Positions 21,950 to 32,146 of a stretch of 64,000 nucleotides of DNA are shown here, piece by piece. A program made the position numbers and the translations under genes. The notes beneath the pieces were generated by a model. The model worked only from the letters and a program-made list of their open reading frames with translations, was not told where the DNA came from and did no database searches. Source of the stretch: Polyangiales bacterium (lineage in GTDB: Bacteria > Myxococcota_A > Polyangia > Polyangiales > Ga0077539); the NCBI GenBank assembly GCA_044229975.1, contig JBGARZ010000003.1:256001-320000 (forward strand), given 5' to 3'. Each line of letters begins with the position of its first letter. Positions within the stretch are counted from its first letter, which is position 1.

Positions 21950-22884
21950 GACGTTCCCAGGACCTCCGGAAGGGCCACCACGCTGCGGCGCGTGACCACC
22001 GCGTCGCGAACGCTCTCCGAGATCACCGCGCCGTCCCACGCGATGACCCGCTGCAACGTCACCGACGGGGCAACGAGCACGCCCGAGCTCAACACACACG
22101 GCGCCGCGAGCCTCGCCCGATCGACGCCCGACGGCGCGACGATGCCTTCCGCCGAAGACACCACGCCCGGCCACGTGAGGGCGCCCGTGGCGAGCGCGAA
22201 GTTCACGGCGGCGTAGCGTTCGAGCGTGCCCAGGTCGAACCACGGGCCGTCGTCCACGACCCCCGCGATGACCTCACCGCGCGCCAGCAATCGCCGCAGC
22301 GAGTGCCGCACCACGCAGCCCTCGACGGGCAGGTCATCGGCGACCGAGCGCGACACCAGATACACGCCGGTGAAGACGCAGCGCCGCGTGGTCACCACGG
22401 GTGCTGGTCCCTCGTCGAGGATGCGCCGCACCCTCCCTTCGTCATCGACCTCGATGGCGCCGAGCGCGCCCGCTCGCGGGTCGTCGCGCAGCACCATCGT
22501 CACCTTCGCGCCGAGCGCGCGATGACGCTCCCAGGCGGCCGCGAGGTCGGGCCGCGAGAGCACGTCACCGTTGAACACCACGAAGTCGTCCCCCAGGTGC
22601 GGCAGCGCGTTGCGGATGGCGCCGCCCGTCCCGAGGAGCGTCGGCTCGACGAGCACGCGGAGGTCCATGCCGTGCGAGGCGCAGTGCGGCGCGAGGGCGG
22701 GCTCGACTTGCGCCGCGAGGTGGTGCGCGTTGGCGACGACGTGACGGACGCCTCCAGCAGCGAGGTGATCGAGGGCGTAGGCGGCGAGCGGACGACCGAG
22801 CACCGGGACGAGAGGCTTGGGGCGCTCGTCGGTGAGGGGTCGAAGGCGGGTGCCGAGGCCGGCGCAGAGGAGCAGGGCGTGCAC
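21946..22884 (-). CDS. NDP-sugar pyrophosphorylase / nucleotidyltransferase (MurU-like)
   Basis: ALLLCAGLGTRLRPLT..PKPLVPV, LLGTGGAI, NGD, WFDLGT. Confidence 0.9.
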   Translation of the reverse strand: MHALLLCAGLGTRLRPLTDERPKPLVPVLGRPLAAYALDHLAAGGVRHVVANAHHLAAQVEPALAPHCASHGMDLRVLVEPTLLGTGGAIRNALPHLGDDFVVFNGDVLSRPDLAAAWERHRALGAKVTMVLRDDPRAGALGAIEVDDEGRVRRILDEGPAPVVTTRRCVFTGVYLVSRSVADDLPVEGCVVRHSLRRLLARGEVIAGVVDDGPWFDLGTLERYAAVNFALATGALTWPGVVSSAEGIVAPSGVDRARLAAPCVLSSGVLVAPSVTLQRVIAWDGAVISESVRDAVVTRRSVVALPEVLGTS

Positions 22885-22987
22885 GACAGCGGTGGCTCTA
22901 CCGCGGCGCGACCACGGAGGGCGACATTCCGACGGGTGGGTAAGCGGAGGTTGCGCGACCGGCCGATGGGCCTCTATGTAGCCGCCG

Positions 22988-23926
22988 GTGGGAAGCGCGT
23001 CCCTGAGGCCCGGGCTCGTGATCGACGATCGGTGGGAGCTCTTGTCCCCCATCGCGACCGGGTCGTGCGGCGAGGTGCTCGCGGCGAGGGAGGCGACCAC
23101 CGGGCGGCCCGTCGCGGTGAAGGTGATGCGCTCCGACCTGCTCTCCGACCCGGTGTCGGTGACGCGCTTCGAGCGCGAGGCCGTCGCGACCGCGAGCATC
23201 CATCACCCCAACGTCGTGAGCGTCCTCGCCCACGGCCGCCACGAGGGCCGCCCCTACCTCGTCATGGAACTCCTCCTCGGCGAGACCCTGGAGACCCGCC
23301 TCGCGCGCGGCCCGCTCCCGCTCGCCGAGGCCCTCGCCACCGTCACCCAGATCGCCCACGCCCTCGACGCGGCCCACGCCCGCGGGGTGATCCATCGCGA
23401 CCTGAAGCCCGACAACGTCTTCCTTGTGACGGGCGACGATGCCGTCACCGTGCGCGTGCTCGACTTCGGCTACGCGAAGCTCGCCGAGCACCTCATCGGC
23501 GACGCCGGGCTCACCGGCGCCAACGCCCTCCTGGGAACGCCCCTCTACATGGCCCCCGAGCAGGTGCAGGCGTCGCGCGAGGTCGATGCCCGGGCCGATC
23601 TGTGGTCGCTCGGGGTCGTGGCCTACGAGCTCGTCGTGGGAAGGGCCCCCTTTCCCTCGACCAACCTCGCCGACCTCTTCGTGGAGATTCTCACCGCACC
23701 CATTCCGAAGCCGTCGGTGGTCAACCCTGCCCTCCCGCCGGCCGTCGATGCCTGGTGCGCGCGGGCCCTCGCCCGCCCCCGGGAGCAGCGCCCCGCGACC
23801 GGAGCCGCCCTCGCCGAGGAGCTTGCCGCGGCGCTGCGCCCTCCGCGCCGCAGCTCTCGCGCCCTCGCGGTGGCGCTCGTGGTGGCGGCCGTCGTCCTCG
23901 CGCTTGCGATCGCTCGGACGCGGTGA
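22988..23926 (+). CDS. Hanks-type Ser/Thr protein kinase with C-terminal TM tail
   Basis: VAVK, HRDLKPDN, DFG, GTPLYMAPE, DLWSLG. Confidence 0.93.
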   Translation: MGSASLRPGLVIDDRWELLSPIATGSCGEVLAAREATTGRPVAVKVMRSDLLSDPVSVTRFEREAVATASIHHPNVVSVLAHGRHEGRPYLVMELLLGETLETRLARGPLPLAEALATVTQIAHALDAAHARGVIHRDLKPDNVFLVTGDDAVTVRVLDFGYAKLAEHLIGDAGLTGANALLGTPLYMAPEQVQASREVDARADLWSLGVVAYELVVGRAPFPSTNLADLFVEILTAPIPKPSVVNPALPPAVDAWCARALARPREQRPATGAALAEELAAALRPPRRSSRALAVALVVAAVVLALAIARTR

Positions 23927-23939
23927 TACCCGCGCCGTA

Positions 23940-25259
<1,320 letters not shown>

Positions 25260-25306
25260 GCGTGTGGTAGGGTCGTCGCGTTCCAACGCACAAGGAGAGC
25301 GTCGTC

Positions 25307-25501
25307 ATGGCATCTGCGCGTGAAGAGAAGCAGAAGGAAGCCACCAAGCGTGGCGCGCTCGCGGTGGCCGCGACCGCGGGCTCGGTCGCCGTCGCCGTCG
25401 CGGGCGGCCCGGTGACCCTGGTCGCCGCGGGGCTCGGCGCGAGCGCCGTGCTGGGCTACCGCTGGGTGAAGTACCGCATCGACAACTCCATCCGGTTCTG
25501 A
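25307..25501 (+). CDS. small membrane protein (64 aa)
   Basis: AGGAG RBS, hydrophobic hairpin, WVKYRIDNSIRF end, GC3 bias. Confidence 0.7.
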   Translation: MASAREEKQKEATKRGALAVAATAGSVAVAVAGGPVTLVAAGLGASAVLGYRWVKYRIDNSIRF

Positions 25502-25637
25502 GCGTCGGCGACCCTTTTCCAAGGGTGCCGAGTCGCCTTGATTCTTGCGAAGCGTGCGTGTAACCGTCGCGCGCCCTATGCGCTCCCCCTCGAAGTCAGG
25601 TTTGTCCCTCGCGAAGGAACGTTCACGCAGCCGCTGG

Positions 25638-26249
25638 ATGGCAGCGCTCGTGGCGCTGATGCTCGCGGTGGCGGCCCCGAAGCTCTACGCGCAGGTTCGC
25701 CTCGCGGTGGTCGACATGCAGCGCGCCATCCTCGAGACCGAGCAGGGCCGCCACGCGAAAAACTCCCTGAAGACCGTCTTCGAGGCGCACCAGGAGGAGC
25801 TCAACGCGGTGCAGGAGCGCTTGAAGCGCCAGAAGTCGGACATCGAGAAGCAGCAGCGGCTCATCGCTCCGGCGGCGCTCCAGAAGCGCATGGCCGACTA
25901 CCAGGAGCAGGTGGTCAACCTCCAGAAGGTCTACCTCCAGTATCAGCAGGAGCTGGCGCAGCGTGAGGCCGAGCTCACCAAGCAGATCCTGGTGAACCTC
26001 CAAGGCGTCGTGCGGCAGATCGGGACGGCCGAGGGCTACACCGCGGTCTTCGATCAGAGCGGCGTGGTCTGGGCGCCGACGCACATCGACCTCACCGATC
26101 GCGTGATCGCCGAGTACAACCGGCAGTTCCCGGCGGCGGCGGCGCCTGCGGCACCGGCCGAGGGCGATGCGGGTACGCGGCCCGCCCGGCCGGCGCGACC
26201 GGCGACGGGCGCTGGGGCCAATCCCCACCCGCGCGGCGCGCAGCAGTGA
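25638..26249 (+). CDS. skp: Skp/OmpH periplasmic chaperone
   Basis: Signal peptide, LAVVDMQRAI, coiled coil, GYTAVFD..DLTDRVI. Confidence 0.9.
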   Translation: MAALVALMLAVAAPKLYAQVRLAVVDMQRAILETEQGRHAKNSLKTVFEAHQEELNAVQERLKRQKSDIEKQQRLIAPAALQKRMADYQEQVVNLQKVYLQYQQELAQREAELTKQILVNLQGVVRQIGTAEGYTAVFDQSGVVWAPTHIDLTDRVIAEYNRQFPAAAAPAAPAEGDAGTRPARPARPATGAGANPHPRGAQQ

Positions 26250-26299
26250 CGGATGTGCGGGGGATGGTGGCAGTGGGAACGGTCAGTGGAGGAATGGCG

Positions 26300-26878
26300 A
26301 TGAATCGTTGGATGGTGACGGCGCTCTGTGGAGCGATGGCAATCGGCTGTGGCGCGAGCAACGACGGTGGGGTCAACACCCCGGTGGACAGCGGCGTCAG
26401 CGGCGGCACGGACGTGGGCACGATGACCGACCGTGGCACGACCGCGACGACCGATCGTGGGACGACCCCGACCACCGATCGTGGCGCGACCACCGATCGC
26501 GGGTCGACCACGCCCGACTCGGGCACGCCCAGCCAGTTCGGCATTTGCGGGGAGGCGCTCAACACGGCGCTCTGCACCTGCGGCATGGATGCGAACTGCC
26601 AGCAGACGGCCCTCAACGCCGCCTTCATGCGGAGCTCGACCTGCCAGACCTGTTACACGAACGGCATCTCGGCCTGCTGCCCCGACGAGGTCATGGCCAT
26701 CCAGACCTGCGCCACGGACAACGGCTGCATGGATCAGGCGTGCCTCCAGGCCCGGTGCGCCACGCAGTTTACGGCCGCCAACACCTGCCTGATGACGGCG
26801 CAGCAGTCGAACGCGACCTGCCAGACCGCCTTCCGTCGCTGCTTCGGGCCCGCCTTCCCGATGATCGCCTGCGAGTGA
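26300..26878 (+). CDS. Cys-rich lipoprotein
   Basis: GGAGG RBS, AIGC lipobox, TDRG repeats, about 15 Cys in a helical C-terminal domain. Confidence 0.8.
   Translation: MNRWMVTALCGAMAIGCGASNDGGVNTPVDSGVSGGTDVGTMTDRGTTATTDRGTTPTTDRGATTDRGSTTPDSGTPSQFGICGEALNTALCTCGMDANCQQTALNAAFMRSSTCQTCYTNGISACCPDEVMAIQTCATDNGCMDQACLQARCATQFTAANTCLMTAQQSNATCQTAFRRCFGPAFPMIACE
26426..26504 (+). repeat. four imperfect coding repeats (TDRG)
   Basis: accgaYcgYggS recurs four times: TDRGTTAT-TDRGTTPT-TDRGAT-TDRG. Confidence 0.7.
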
Positions 26879-26888
26879 GCTGACGCCC

Positions 26889-27413
26889 TCAGCGGTGGCG
26901 CGCGGCGAGGTAGACGTACGCGCGCCATCCCTCCTCGATCATCGTCCGGTCGGCGTCGCCCAGGCGCCGCACCTTCTTCGCCGGACTCCCCAGATACAGC
27001 CAGCCTGACTCCAGCCGCGAGCGCGGCGTCACCAGCGCCCCCGCGCCGATGATGACGTCGGACTCCACCTCCGCGAGGTCGAGCACGATCGCGCCCATGC
27101 CCACCAGCACCCGATCGCCGATGGTGCAGCCGTGCAGGATCACCCGATGACCCACCGTCACTTCATCGCCGATGGAGGTCGTCGACAAGCCGGTGGTCGC
27201 GTGGACCATGGAGAGGTCCTGGATGTTGGAGCGCGCGCCCATGCGGAGCGGGGCCACGTCGCCGCGCAGCACCGCGCCGTACCAGATCGAGCTCTCGGGC
27301 CCGACGGACACATCACCGACGGCGACCGCACCATCGGCGAGAAAGGCATCGTCCGCGAAGGTCGGCGTGACGCCCTCGAAGGCGCGCACCAGTCCGCGCA
27401 GGTGAGCGCTCAC
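26889..27413 (-). CDS. gamma carbonic anhydrase family protein (YrdA-like)
   Basis: SIWYGAVLRGD, SNIQD..VH, TVGH.VILHGC. Confidence 0.93.
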   Translation of the reverse strand: MSAHLRGLVRAFEGVTPTFADDAFLADGAVAVGDVSVGPESSIWYGAVLRGDVAPLRMGARSNIQDLSMVHATTGLSTTSIGDEVTVGHRVILHGCTIGDRVLVGMGAIVLDLAEVESDVIIGAGALVTPRSRLESGWLYLGSPAKKVRRLGDADRTMIEEGWRAYVYLAARHR

Positions 27414-28816
27414 GCCTGGACCACCGGCAGCGCGACCCGACGATGCGTCGCGACGACCTTGGCGGGCGCCTCGCGCTTCACCGAGTCGAGGCGGCCTTCG
27501 AGCGAGTGCTTGTTGGCCCGCATCACCTCGGCCACGACCACGGCGCCAGCATCGAGGCCGGGACCACCGGGGAGATGGACGATCTCGTTGCGGCGCGTTC
27601 GGCCGACGCGGGTGGTCGCGCCAGGGCGGCTCGGGCCCTCGATGAGCAGCTCGACGCGCGCGCCCACGAGCGAGGCGAGGTTGGCGCGGGTGAGCGCCTC
27701 GGAGACCTCGAAGAGCGCGAGCAGGCGCTCCTGCTTCTCTTCGTCGGTGACGTCGTCGCCGAGGCGCAGCGCGGGCGTGTGCGGGCGCGGCGAGTACTTG
27801 AACCCGTAGAGCGCCGTGAAGCCGACCTCGCGCACCATGGAGAGCGTCTGCTCGAAGTCGTCGCGGGTCTCGCCGGGGAAGCCGACGATGATGTCGGTGG
27901 TGAGCGTGAGCGACGGGCGCGCGGCCCGCAGCGCATCGACGCGGGCGACGTACTCCGCGCGGGTGTAGCGGCGGATCATGCGACGGAGCATGCGGTCGCT
28001 GCCCGACTGCACGGGCATGTGGACGTGGTCGGCGAGCACCGGGAGCTCGGCGTGGGCGCGCACGAGCGAGGCCGTGAGGTGGCGGGGGTGCGGCGAGGTG
28101 TAGCGCAGGCGATCGAGGCCCGGCGCCTCGGCGGCGATGCGGCGGAGCAGCGCGGGAAACTGCGACTCGTCGGGATCGCGGTCAGCCTCGACGGGGACCT
28201 CCGGGTCCATGAAGCTGTTGACCGTCTGGCCGAGGAGGACGACCTCGCGGGCGCCGCCGTCGACGAGCGCGCGCACCTCGCGCACCACGTCGGAGGCCGA
28301 GCGGTAGCGCTCCGGCCCGCGCGTGTACGGGACGATGCAGAACGAGCACCGCTCGTCGCAACCCTTCATCACGGTGACGTAGGCGCTCGCGCCCACGCCG
28401 CCCTCGCGCACCTGGTTGGTGAGGAAGCGCGGGTCGTCGACGTCGAAGACCGTTCGCACCGCGGGCGTGGCGCCCATCTCGGCGTCGCGCACGAGGGCGG
28501 GGAGCTCGCCGATGTTGTCGGGGCCGATGACCACGTCGATGAAGGGCATGTCCTTCACGAGGCGCTCGCCCTCCTGCTGGGCCACGCAGCCGGCGACCAC
28601 GAGCACCACGTCGGACTTCTTCAGCCGCCCGGCCTCGCTGCGCAGCTTCTGCTCGCCCTTCTCGCGCACCGAGCAGGTGTTGATGACCACCACGTCGGCG
28701 CCGTCGACCTCGTGGCCGACCTCGTAGCCCGCGGCGAGCATGAGCTCCTCGATCCGCTGCGAGTCGTGGACGTTCATCTGGCAACCGAAGGTCACCAGGG
28801 CCATGCGCTTGGTCAT
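27410..28816 (-). CDS. miaB: tRNA-i6A37 methylthiotransferase
   Basis: TFGCQMNVHDS, NTCSVREK, GCDERCSFC, YTSPHP, TDIIVGFPGET, TRAM domain. Confidence 0.96.
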   Translation of the reverse strand: MTKRMALVTFGCQMNVHDSQRIEELMLAAGYEVGHEVDGADVVVINTCSVREKGEQKLRSEAGRLKKSDVVLVVAGCVAQQEGERLVKDMPFIDVVIGPDNIGELPALVRDAEMGATPAVRTVFDVDDPRFLTNQVREGGVGASAYVTVMKGCDERCSFCIVPYTRGPERYRSASDVVREVRALVDGGAREVVLLGQTVNSFMDPEVPVEADRDPDESQFPALLRRIAAEAPGLDRLRYTSPHPRHLTASLVRAHAELPVLADHVHMPVQSGSDRMLRRMIRRYTRAEYVARVDALRAARPSLTLTTDIIVGFPGETRDDFEQTLSMVREVGFTALYGFKYSPRPHTPALRLGDDVTDEEKQERLLALFEVSEALTRANLASLVGARVELLIEGPSRPGATTRVGRTRRNEIVHLPGGPGLDAGAVVVAEVMRANKHSLEGRLDSVKREAPAKVVATHRRVALPVVQA

Positions 28817-28893
28817 CGGGATTTTCCGGGGGTACGTGAGGGGAAAGGCGCGGGAGGTTGTTCCGACGCGCGCGCAGGGTCAAGCGGGTGGAG

Positions 28894-29709
28894 CTACGGC
28901 GTGGGCTCGGCGAGCAGGCGCACGATGGACTGCTGCAACGCGGCGGGCGACTCGGTGCCGATGGTCACCGTGCGGACGTGCCCGCCGCGGTCGATGATGA
29001 CCATGGTCGGGAGGTTCTGGACGGCGTAGCTGCGCATCGCGGTCGCGTTGGAGGCGAGCGTGTAGCGGATGCCCATGCTCATGCCGATGCGACGGGCGAT
29101 CTCGACGGGCTCGTCGGTGAGGCCGAGCACCGTGAGGCCCTGCGCGCGGTACTGCTCCGAGAGGCGGTTGAGCACCGGCATCATCGTGCGACACGGGCCG
29201 CACCAGCTCGCCCAGAAGTCCACGATGACCACGTGGCCGTGGAGGCGCGCGAGGTCGAGCGGGTCGGTTCCCATGGCCACCGAGCTGGCACCGAGCACCG
29301 GCGGAACCTGCCCCACCCGCAGCGGCCGCCCCGGCGTGTTGTCGGGCGCCGCTTCGAGGCGCACCCGCACGGGGACCCGGCGCACCCCGCGGCGCAACAC
29401 GAGGGCGTAGTCCGACCCGGCGCCCGCCGCGCGAACCGAGGTGGTGAAGCCCTCGACGCTCCCGGGCGCGACGCCCTGAGACAGCACGATGACGTCACCG
29501 ATGGTCACGCCCGCGCGCTCGGCGGGGCTCCCCGGCACCACCCGCTCGACCCGCAGCCCCACGCCCGGAACCTCCCGTAGCCCCGCCCCGAGGAAGCCCG
29601 GCGCGCTCGCGGCCGTACCGGGCCGCGGGTCGGCCGCTGCGATCGTGGGGCCGACCGTCGTGAGGAGCGTCGTGAGGAGCGCGGCGAGCATCGAGGGCGT
29701 AGGGCGCAT
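28894..29709 (-). CDS. exported PDZ + TlpA-type thioredoxin
   Basis: [19 protein letters not shown] (PDZ); [10 protein letters not shown]. Confidence 0.88.
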   Translation of the reverse strand: MRPTPSMLAALLTTLLTTVGPTIAAADPRPGTAASAPGFLGAGLREVPGVGLRVERVVPGSPAERAGVTIGDVIVLSQGVAPGSVEGFTTSVRAAGAGSDYALVLRRGVRRVPVRVRLEAAPDNTPGRPLRVGQVPPVLGASSVAMGTDPLDLARLHGHVVIVDFWASWCGPCRTMMPVLNRLSEQYRAQGLTVLGLTDEPVEIARRIGMSMGIRYTLASNATAMRSYAVQNLPTMVIIDRGGHVRTVTIGTESPAALQQSIVRLLAEPTP

Positions 29710-29779
29710 GAGCGCGCCGACCGTGCGGTGTCGGGCCCTGGGTCGTCAAGCCGCGAGCGGGGTTAAGCTCTCCCGCCGG

Positions 29780-32146
29780 ATGATACGAAGCCGAGGTCGA
29801 AGCGTGCTGCTGGTGTGGGCCTCGGTGGCGCTGCTCGGCCTCGACTGGCCGGGCCAGGGGGCCGTGCGCGCCGCGGAGTTTGCGAGCGCAGACCCCGGTC
29901 GGCGCACGGAGCTGCTGCACCTGCTCGCGCCTTCGACGGAGCCCGAAGCGCAGGCGGTCATGGCGCGCGCCCTCACCGACGCCGACCCCGGCGTGCGCGA
30001 GACGGCGCGGCGGCTCGCGGTGCGCTTTCCGTCGGAGGCGATGGTGGCGCCGCTGCTCGGGGTGCTCGAAGAGGCCGACGCCGGGGCGCGCCTCGATGCG
30101 CTCGACGCGCTCGCGGGGCTGACCTCGGCCGACGCGCGGCGGGCCATCGAGCGTTCGCTCTCCGACCGCAGCACCGCGGTGCGCGCCCACGCGGTGCGGG
30201 CGCTCGCGCGGGCGGGCGTCGACGCGGTGGTTCCGCTGCTCGACCGGGTGCATGACCCCGAAGGGGACGTGCGCGAAGAGGCCGCGAGGGCGCTCGGAGA
30301 GATCGGCGACGCCCGCGCGGTGCTGGCGCTGGTGGGCATCTCGCAAGACCCCATCCCCGAGGTGCGGCTCGCGACGGCGCGGGCGCTCGGTCGCCTGCGA
30401 GGCGAGGTCGCGACGCGCACGCTGCTCGGGCTCGTCCATGACGCGATGCCCGAGGTGCGGAGCGCGGCGCTCGTCGGGCTCGCGCGGCTCGCCGATGCGT
30501 CCATGGTTCCGACGCTCGCGGCGCTGGCGCGACCCGAGCGGGCGGCGATGTTCGCGGGCCAGGACGACCTCGCCAGGGCGGCGGTGCGAACGCTCGGCGC
30601 CATCGACGCGCCTGACGCGCGGCGGGCCCTGATCGACCTCGCGCTCGGCCCGGATTCGCTCCAGGCGAGGGCCGCGGCGGAGGCCCTGCTCGAACACCCG
30701 TCGCGCCTTCGCGGTGAGGTGGGCTCGATGCTGCCGAGGGTCGACCGCCGCAACGTCGGCACCGTCGCGGCGCTGCTCGGCGCCATCGGAGGTGACGAGG
30801 TCGCCGACGCGCTGCTGGAGATGGTTCGGCGCGACGCGCGGTCGGGCGATGCGGACACCCTCGTGCTCGCGCTCGGCGCGTCGGGCTCCGACCGGGCACT
30901 GCGCGCGCTCCTCGAACGCCTCACCACCGCTCCTCCCGTCGGCACCACCTACCGCACGCCCGGCTGCCCACGCGGAACCATCGACCCCGTCGTCCTCCTG
31001 GCCCTCGCCCGCTGGGACGAGACCCGCCACGGCCTCGACCCGCTCGCCATCGACCCCATCGCCGAGGCCCTGCGCCGCGTCGAGCCGTCCTGCCACCTGG
31101 TGTTGTCGTCGATGCTCCGCCTGCTCGGTTCGACGGGCAACGACCGCGCAGCACCGACGCTGCTCGGGTTTCTGCCGCACCCCGATGCCGCGGTGCGCGC
31201 GGCCGCCGTGGCGGGCCTTGGCCGCGCCGTCGCGCCGTCGGCGCTGGCGCCCCTCGTCGAGGCGCTCTCCGACCGCGACGTCACGGTGCGCTCCGCGGCA
31301 GCCTCGTCTCTGCGCGCGTACCCCGCCGCCCTCCTGGCACCGGCGCTCGTCGCGCGGTGGCGTGACCCGCGCGCGGTCGACCGGGGCGGGCTGCTCCTCG
31401 CCCTCGGGAACGCCCTCGCCCGCGATGAGCAGACAGCTCGCTCGGCGCACCGATCGGTGCTGATCGACGCCGCGGCGGAGGGCGCGTGGCGGACGCGCGC
31501 GGCGGCGCTGAGGTCGCTCGGCGAGGTCGCCGCAGCGGGCGACGCGGAGTCCCTCGGCGCGGTGTTGCGCTTCGCATCGGACGCGAGGCTCGGAGCGGTT
31601 GCGACGGAGGCGCTCGGCAACCTGCCGACGGCCGCGGTCACGCCCGCGGTGCTCGCGGCGCTGCGGACGAGGCCCACTGCGGACGCGGTGTGGGCGCTGC
31701 GCGTGGGAGGCGTGGCGTCGGTCGAAGCGCTCCGCGGAGTCATCGAGGGCGGGGCATCCCGTACGGCACGCAACGCGCTCGCCGCGCTGTCTCGCATCGA
31801 CCTCGCTCAGGTGGACCAGCCGACGCGCGCGTCGCTCCGAGCGGCGCTCGATCGCCTCACGGCCAACAGGGACGCAGCCGCATTGCGGGGCAACGTCTGC
31901 GCCGTGCGACGTCGGCTCGGCGAGGGCTGCGACGGCGACTCCACCACGACGCCGGCGATGGTGGCGCGAAGCTCCGACCTCCGCGTGATCGACGCATCGC
32001 GAGTGCCCGTGACGCGAGCGGTGCAGGTGATCCTCGGCGACGGTGTGTCGATCTGGGTGACGCCCGATGCGGACGGGTGGGTTCGGGTTCGCGACGACGC
32101 GCCGGGCGCGCTCCGGGTCGCCGAAGGCAGCGAGGAGAACTCCTAG
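29780..32146 (+). CDS. HEAT-repeat protein with N-terminal signal-like segment
   Basis: Numerous LxDxxxxVRxxAxxAL repeats; leader SVLLVWASVALLG. Confidence 0.85.
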   Translation: MIRSRGRSVLLVWASVALLGLDWPGQGAVRAAEFASADPGRRTELLHLLAPSTEPEAQAVMARALTDADPGVRETARRLAVRFPSEAMVAPLLGVLEEADAGARLDALDALAGLTSADARRAIERSLSDRSTAVRAHAVRALARAGVDAVVPLLDRVHDPEGDVREEAARALGEIGDARAVLALVGISQDPIPEVRLATARALGRLRGEVATRTLLGLVHDAMPEVRSAALVGLARLADASMVPTLAALARPERAAMFAGQDDLARAAVRTLGAIDAPDARRALIDLALGPDSLQARAAAEALLEHPSRLRGEVGSMLPRVDRRNVGTVAALLGAIGGDEVADALLEMVRRDARSGDADTLVLALGASGSDRALRALLERLTTAPPVGTTYRTPGCPRGTIDPVVLLALARWDETRHGLDPLAIDPIAEALRRVEPSCHLVLSSMLRLLGSTGNDRAAPTLLGFLPHPDAAVRAAAVAGLGRAVAPSALAPLVEALSDRDVTVRSAAASSLRAYPAALLAPALVARWRDPRAVDRGGLLLALGNALARDEQTARSAHRSVLIDAAAEGAWRTRAAALRSLGEVAAAGDAESLGAVLRFASDARLGAVATEALGNLPTAAVTPAVLAALRTRPTADAVWALRVGGVASVEALRGVIEGGASRTARNALAALSRIDLAQVDQPTRASLRAALDRLTANRDAAALRGNVCAVRRRLGEGCDGDSTTTPAMVARSSDLRVIDASRVPVTRAVQVILGDGVSIWVTPDADGWVRVRDDAPGALRVAEGSEENS

